Shown here: positions 61,616-64,000 of the stretch, one piece after another
Position numbering within the stretch: the first letter of the stretch is position 1
Layout of the letters: each line of letters begins with the position of its first letter
Source of the DNA: an uncultured Acidobacteriota bacterium
GTDB lineage: Bacteria; Acidobacteriota; Vicinamibacteria; Vicinamibacterales; CAVVIG01
Assembly (NCBI GenBank): GCA_963749565.1
Contig: CAVVNL010000003.1
Span: forward strand, 59,387-123,386
Length of the DNA: 64,000 bases
Direction: 5' to 3'
Position numbers and translations under genes: made by a program
The notes under the pieces: model-generated
What the model was told of the DNA's origin: nothing
Databases searched by the model: none
The model's input: only the letters and a program-made list of their open reading frames with translations

Positions 61616-62035
61616 ATGGTGAAAATAAATCCGTCGGTGATGTTCTCGGGAACGTGCGGCGAGGCGTTCCGCCGCTACGCATCGCTATTTGGCGGCGAAA
61701 TCGTGAACATGCTGACGTATGCCGAGTCGCCCCTCGCGCGGGAAGTGCCCCCGGAATGGCGTGACAAGGTCTGGTTCTCGCGGCTGCGCGCCGGAGGAGT
61801 CGATGTGACGGGCGGCGACGCACTGCCGCGCGACTATGAAACGCCTCGCGGCTTTTCGCTGGTGCTCGGAGTGGCGAACGCCGGCGAAGCGGATCGTGTA
61901 TTCGCAGGCCTGGCGGAGGGCGGCGAAGTGATCATGCCATTGCAGGCGACGTACTGGTCACCACGCTACGGCCTCGTCCGGGATCCGTTTGGGATCCGAT
62001 GGGAAATCAACTGCGACGCAGAACCGGCTGCGTAA
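61616..62035 (+). CDS. VOC family PhnB/YjdN-like protein
   Basis: INPSVMFSGTC.EAF..Y..LFGG, LAEGGEVIMPLQATYWSPRYG.VRDPFGIRW. Confidence 0.9.
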   Translation: MVKINPSVMFSGTCGEAFRRYASLFGGEIVNMLTYAESPLAREVPPEWRDKVWFSRLRAGGVDVTGGDALPRDYETPRGFSLVLGVANAGEADRVFAGLAEGGEVIMPLQATYWSPRYGLVRDPFGIRWEINCDAEPAA

Positions 62036-62065
62036 AAGGCCCGGCTGCAGCGTTTTTCGAATCGA

Positions 62066-62129
62066 TGTAGCGCAGGACTTTAGTCCTGCCCACGCTGGCC
62101 ATTCAGCAGGTCTAAAGACCTGCGCTACA
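62066..62129. repeat. GTAG-type REP doublet (REPIN-like) between convergent genes
   Basis: TGTAGCGCAGGACTTTAGTCCTGC-N16-GCAGGTCTAAAGACCTGCGCTACA. Confidence 0.9.
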
Positions 62130-62146
62130 CGGAATCGGAAACCGCT

Positions 62147-63865
62147 CTAGGTGCGCATGGGCACGACCGCATGCAGGCTCGAGAACGCAGCAATGATCCG
62201 CTCGCAGACGCGCTCTGCATCTGGATTATCAGATACAAACTCGAGGGCGCTCGTTTCGCTGCCCGCTTCAACGGATGAGGCGTGAGTGGCATTGGCCCAG
62301 ATCTCGCCGATGAAGCCTCGATCCGTCACTCCGTCGACGAGAAACACGATCCGTGACCCGGCGGTTGATTTGGCCAGACATCCAATTTCGAACACACAGC
62401 CCGCCCGGTAGCGGGTGAAGCCCCTGACGTCCATCAAAACGCAATGAGATTCCGCCAATAGACGTCGAACCGCGTGCTGCCAGGTCGCGTCGCCAATGCA
62501 GAAAATCTCGTTGACGCGAAACCGCCCATCCGGATCAGTTGCGTGGTCGAAGGACGCGAGCCTGCGATCGGCGTCGCTCTCACTATGTGAGAAATAACGG
62601 CCAGAGCGGCCTCTGACAAAGTCGAGCAACTCATGCGGCTCCAACGTGGACCCTGCGAGGTCGGCGGCTCCGACCAGTTGGATGCTACCGACGCCTCTCC
62701 ACAGAGTCTCGAATTCCTGGAATAGCCGGTTGCTGCGCTCGCCGAGCGAAAAGGAGCGCAACAGCAAAAGGCGCAAACACGGGCTCTCCGGGCGCGGGAG
62801 TCGCGACCACATGAACCTGACAACGAAGACGAATACAGCTGCGCACGCCAGATTCGCCGCCAAACCAGCGAGCGAAAAAGCGACGGCGACCACAAAGAAC
62901 AACCAAATCGACGCGATGACGAGCCATTGGTCGCTCGTGCGTTTCCGCGTGTAAGAAGTCGTTACCAGGCGCAGAAGCAGACCCCCGAGTAGAACGGAGA
63001 CGAGGAGCCCGGCGGCCGCGCCAACAGCAGCTACCCCAAGCATGCGCGGCAGAAATTCCTGCCCAAACGAGACGAGGGCCCCGGCCCGCTGAGCAGGCTC
63101 CATGTTCCGAAGGGATTCCAGGATCGCCGCCGTTTGCGGGTCTGCTCGCAGCTCCGCTGTCCACAGAAACAGGGCAGATACGGTCGAAACAGCCGAACCC
63201 ACGATTACGATCGAGAAGAACCCAAGCGCGAGTGGGCCCATCGCCCGTACTCTCGGATGCAACAAGAGGGCGAGCAGGGCGGCCATCACGAGGGCGATAC
63301 CAGTCTCGTCGTTCGCAAATGGCAGTGCTCGCGAAAGAACGGCCAGTAGTACAACGACGATCGCCACGCGCACCAGCCAAGGCGCCCAGCGTCCATAAAC
63401 CGCTCGCGCAACCAGTATCAAAGGACTGCTAAAGCAGATGGCCGAGTACAAGAACCGGAGGAGCGGTGCGTCCGAGCGATCGGCAGTCGTGATCGTGCCT
63501 ATCGCGGCGAGCGCGATAGCGAGCCCGACACCGGCAATCGTGTACAACCTCGCCAAACGCCTGCGATGCCCGATAGCTTCGCTAAGGAGTGCGGGCCAGC
63601 GTGAGTCCGGAGGAGTTGGGTCCGGATGAGCGGCAATCGAGCGTTCGCGGATGGTTGGTTCTGCGTCAGTCGCGGCGAACGCCTGGGAATGCTGCGTTTC
63701 CTGGCGCGGTTGTTCGTGTTCCAGCGAGCGCCGAACGCGCCGACGGAAAATCGCCAGGACGAGAAACGATGCGAACACCGCGACCACGAAGATGATCGGA
63801 GCGAGCCCGGCGCCGATACCCGAGAGCTCGGTAAGCCACCCGGTGATTAAGGGATCGTTGGTCAT
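62147..63865 (-). CDS. Multi-pass membrane protein with a C-terminal TIR-like alpha/beta domain
   Basis: About 9 hydrophobic segments, then LLLLRSF..TWQHAV..VLMD..GCVFEI..IVFL; paralogous to 45091..45744. Confidence 0.75.
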   Translation of the reverse strand: MTNDPLITGWLTELSGIGAGLAPIIFVVAVFASFLVLAIFRRRVRRSLEHEQPRQETQHSQAFAATDAEPTIRERSIAAHPDPTPPDSRWPALLSEAIGHRRRLARLYTIAGVGLAIALAAIGTITTADRSDAPLLRFLYSAICFSSPLILVARAVYGRWAPWLVRVAIVVVLLAVLSRALPFANDETGIALVMAALLALLLHPRVRAMGPLALGFFSIVIVGSAVSTVSALFLWTAELRADPQTAAILESLRNMEPAQRAGALVSFGQEFLPRMLGVAAVGAAAGLLVSVLLGGLLLRLVTTSYTRKRTSDQWLVIASIWLFFVVAVAFSLAGLAANLACAAVFVFVVRFMWSRLPRPESPCLRLLLLRSFSLGERSNRLFQEFETLWRGVGSIQLVGAADLAGSTLEPHELLDFVRGRSGRYFSHSESDADRRLASFDHATDPDGRFRVNEIFCIGDATWQHAVRRLLAESHCVLMDVRGFTRYRAGCVFEIGCLAKSTAGSRIVFLVDGVTDRGFIGEIWANATHASSVEAGSETSALEFVSDNPDAERVCERIIAAFSSLHAVVPMRT

Positions 63866-63878
63866 GCCCGCGCTGAGC

Positions 63879-64000
63879 TCAATCCAGACTGTCAGGCGTC
63901 GGCTGACGGACGAGTTGCACGAGGGCCTCGTATGGCTGTGCACCGACGACGCCGCGGCCACCCGAGACGAACGTCGGTACGCCAGTCACGCCGTATTCTC
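63879..64000 (-). CDS. C-terminus of a DsbA/FrnE-family thioredoxin-fold protein (partial)
   Basis: EYGVTGVPTFVSGGRGVVGAQPYEAL...TGA at 63879..63881. Confidence 0.8.
   Translation of the reverse strand, partial: EYGVTGVPTFVSGGRGVVGAQPYEALVQLVRQPTPDSLD

Overview
GC-rich bacterial DNA. The gene repertoire (DUF6152, DUF1592/DUF1552/ankyrin, carboxypeptidase-domain TonB receptor, wHTH-TPR regulator, Gly/Arg-rich loops, GTAG-type REPs) suggests a Vicinamibacterales-like acidobacterium; this is an inference. The window is an accessory region dominated by exported redox and hydrolytic proteins: katG, YukJ-LTD, a metzincin, a TIR protein, a UvrA-like ATPase, an NHL/PAL-like protein with an ATP-grasp partner, a SoxCD-like molybdoenzyme (plus a second, 5'-truncated ~98% copy), a PQQ dehydrogenase, a TonB receptor, a hydroxycinnamate catabolic operon (MFS, hydratase/dehydrogenase, fcs, couO-like, plus an acyl-CoA dehydrogenase), an arylsulfotransferase, a tannase/feruloyl esterase, a DUF1592-DUF1552-ankyrin operon, mlaEFD and iorAB-like genes. 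It also holds about ten deletion-scarred gene remnants and several single-base frameshifts that look like long-read errors. I saw no rRNA, tRNA, CRISPR array, integrase or transposase. Most notable: (1) a conserved TTGaCG-N4-TTTG element 38-42 bp upstream of a -10 box at five promoters, a candidate regulon of the local OmpR-type wHTH-TPR regulator; (2) DUF6152 proteins with a predicted N-terminal His-His and a partner domain found both split and fused; (3) a SoxC-like enzyme apparently lacking the sulfite-oxidase Arg and Tyr; (4) a REP element translated in frame inside a cytochrome gene; (5) membrane-anchored TIR-like proteins. All family assignments come from motif recognition by eye; no searches were run.
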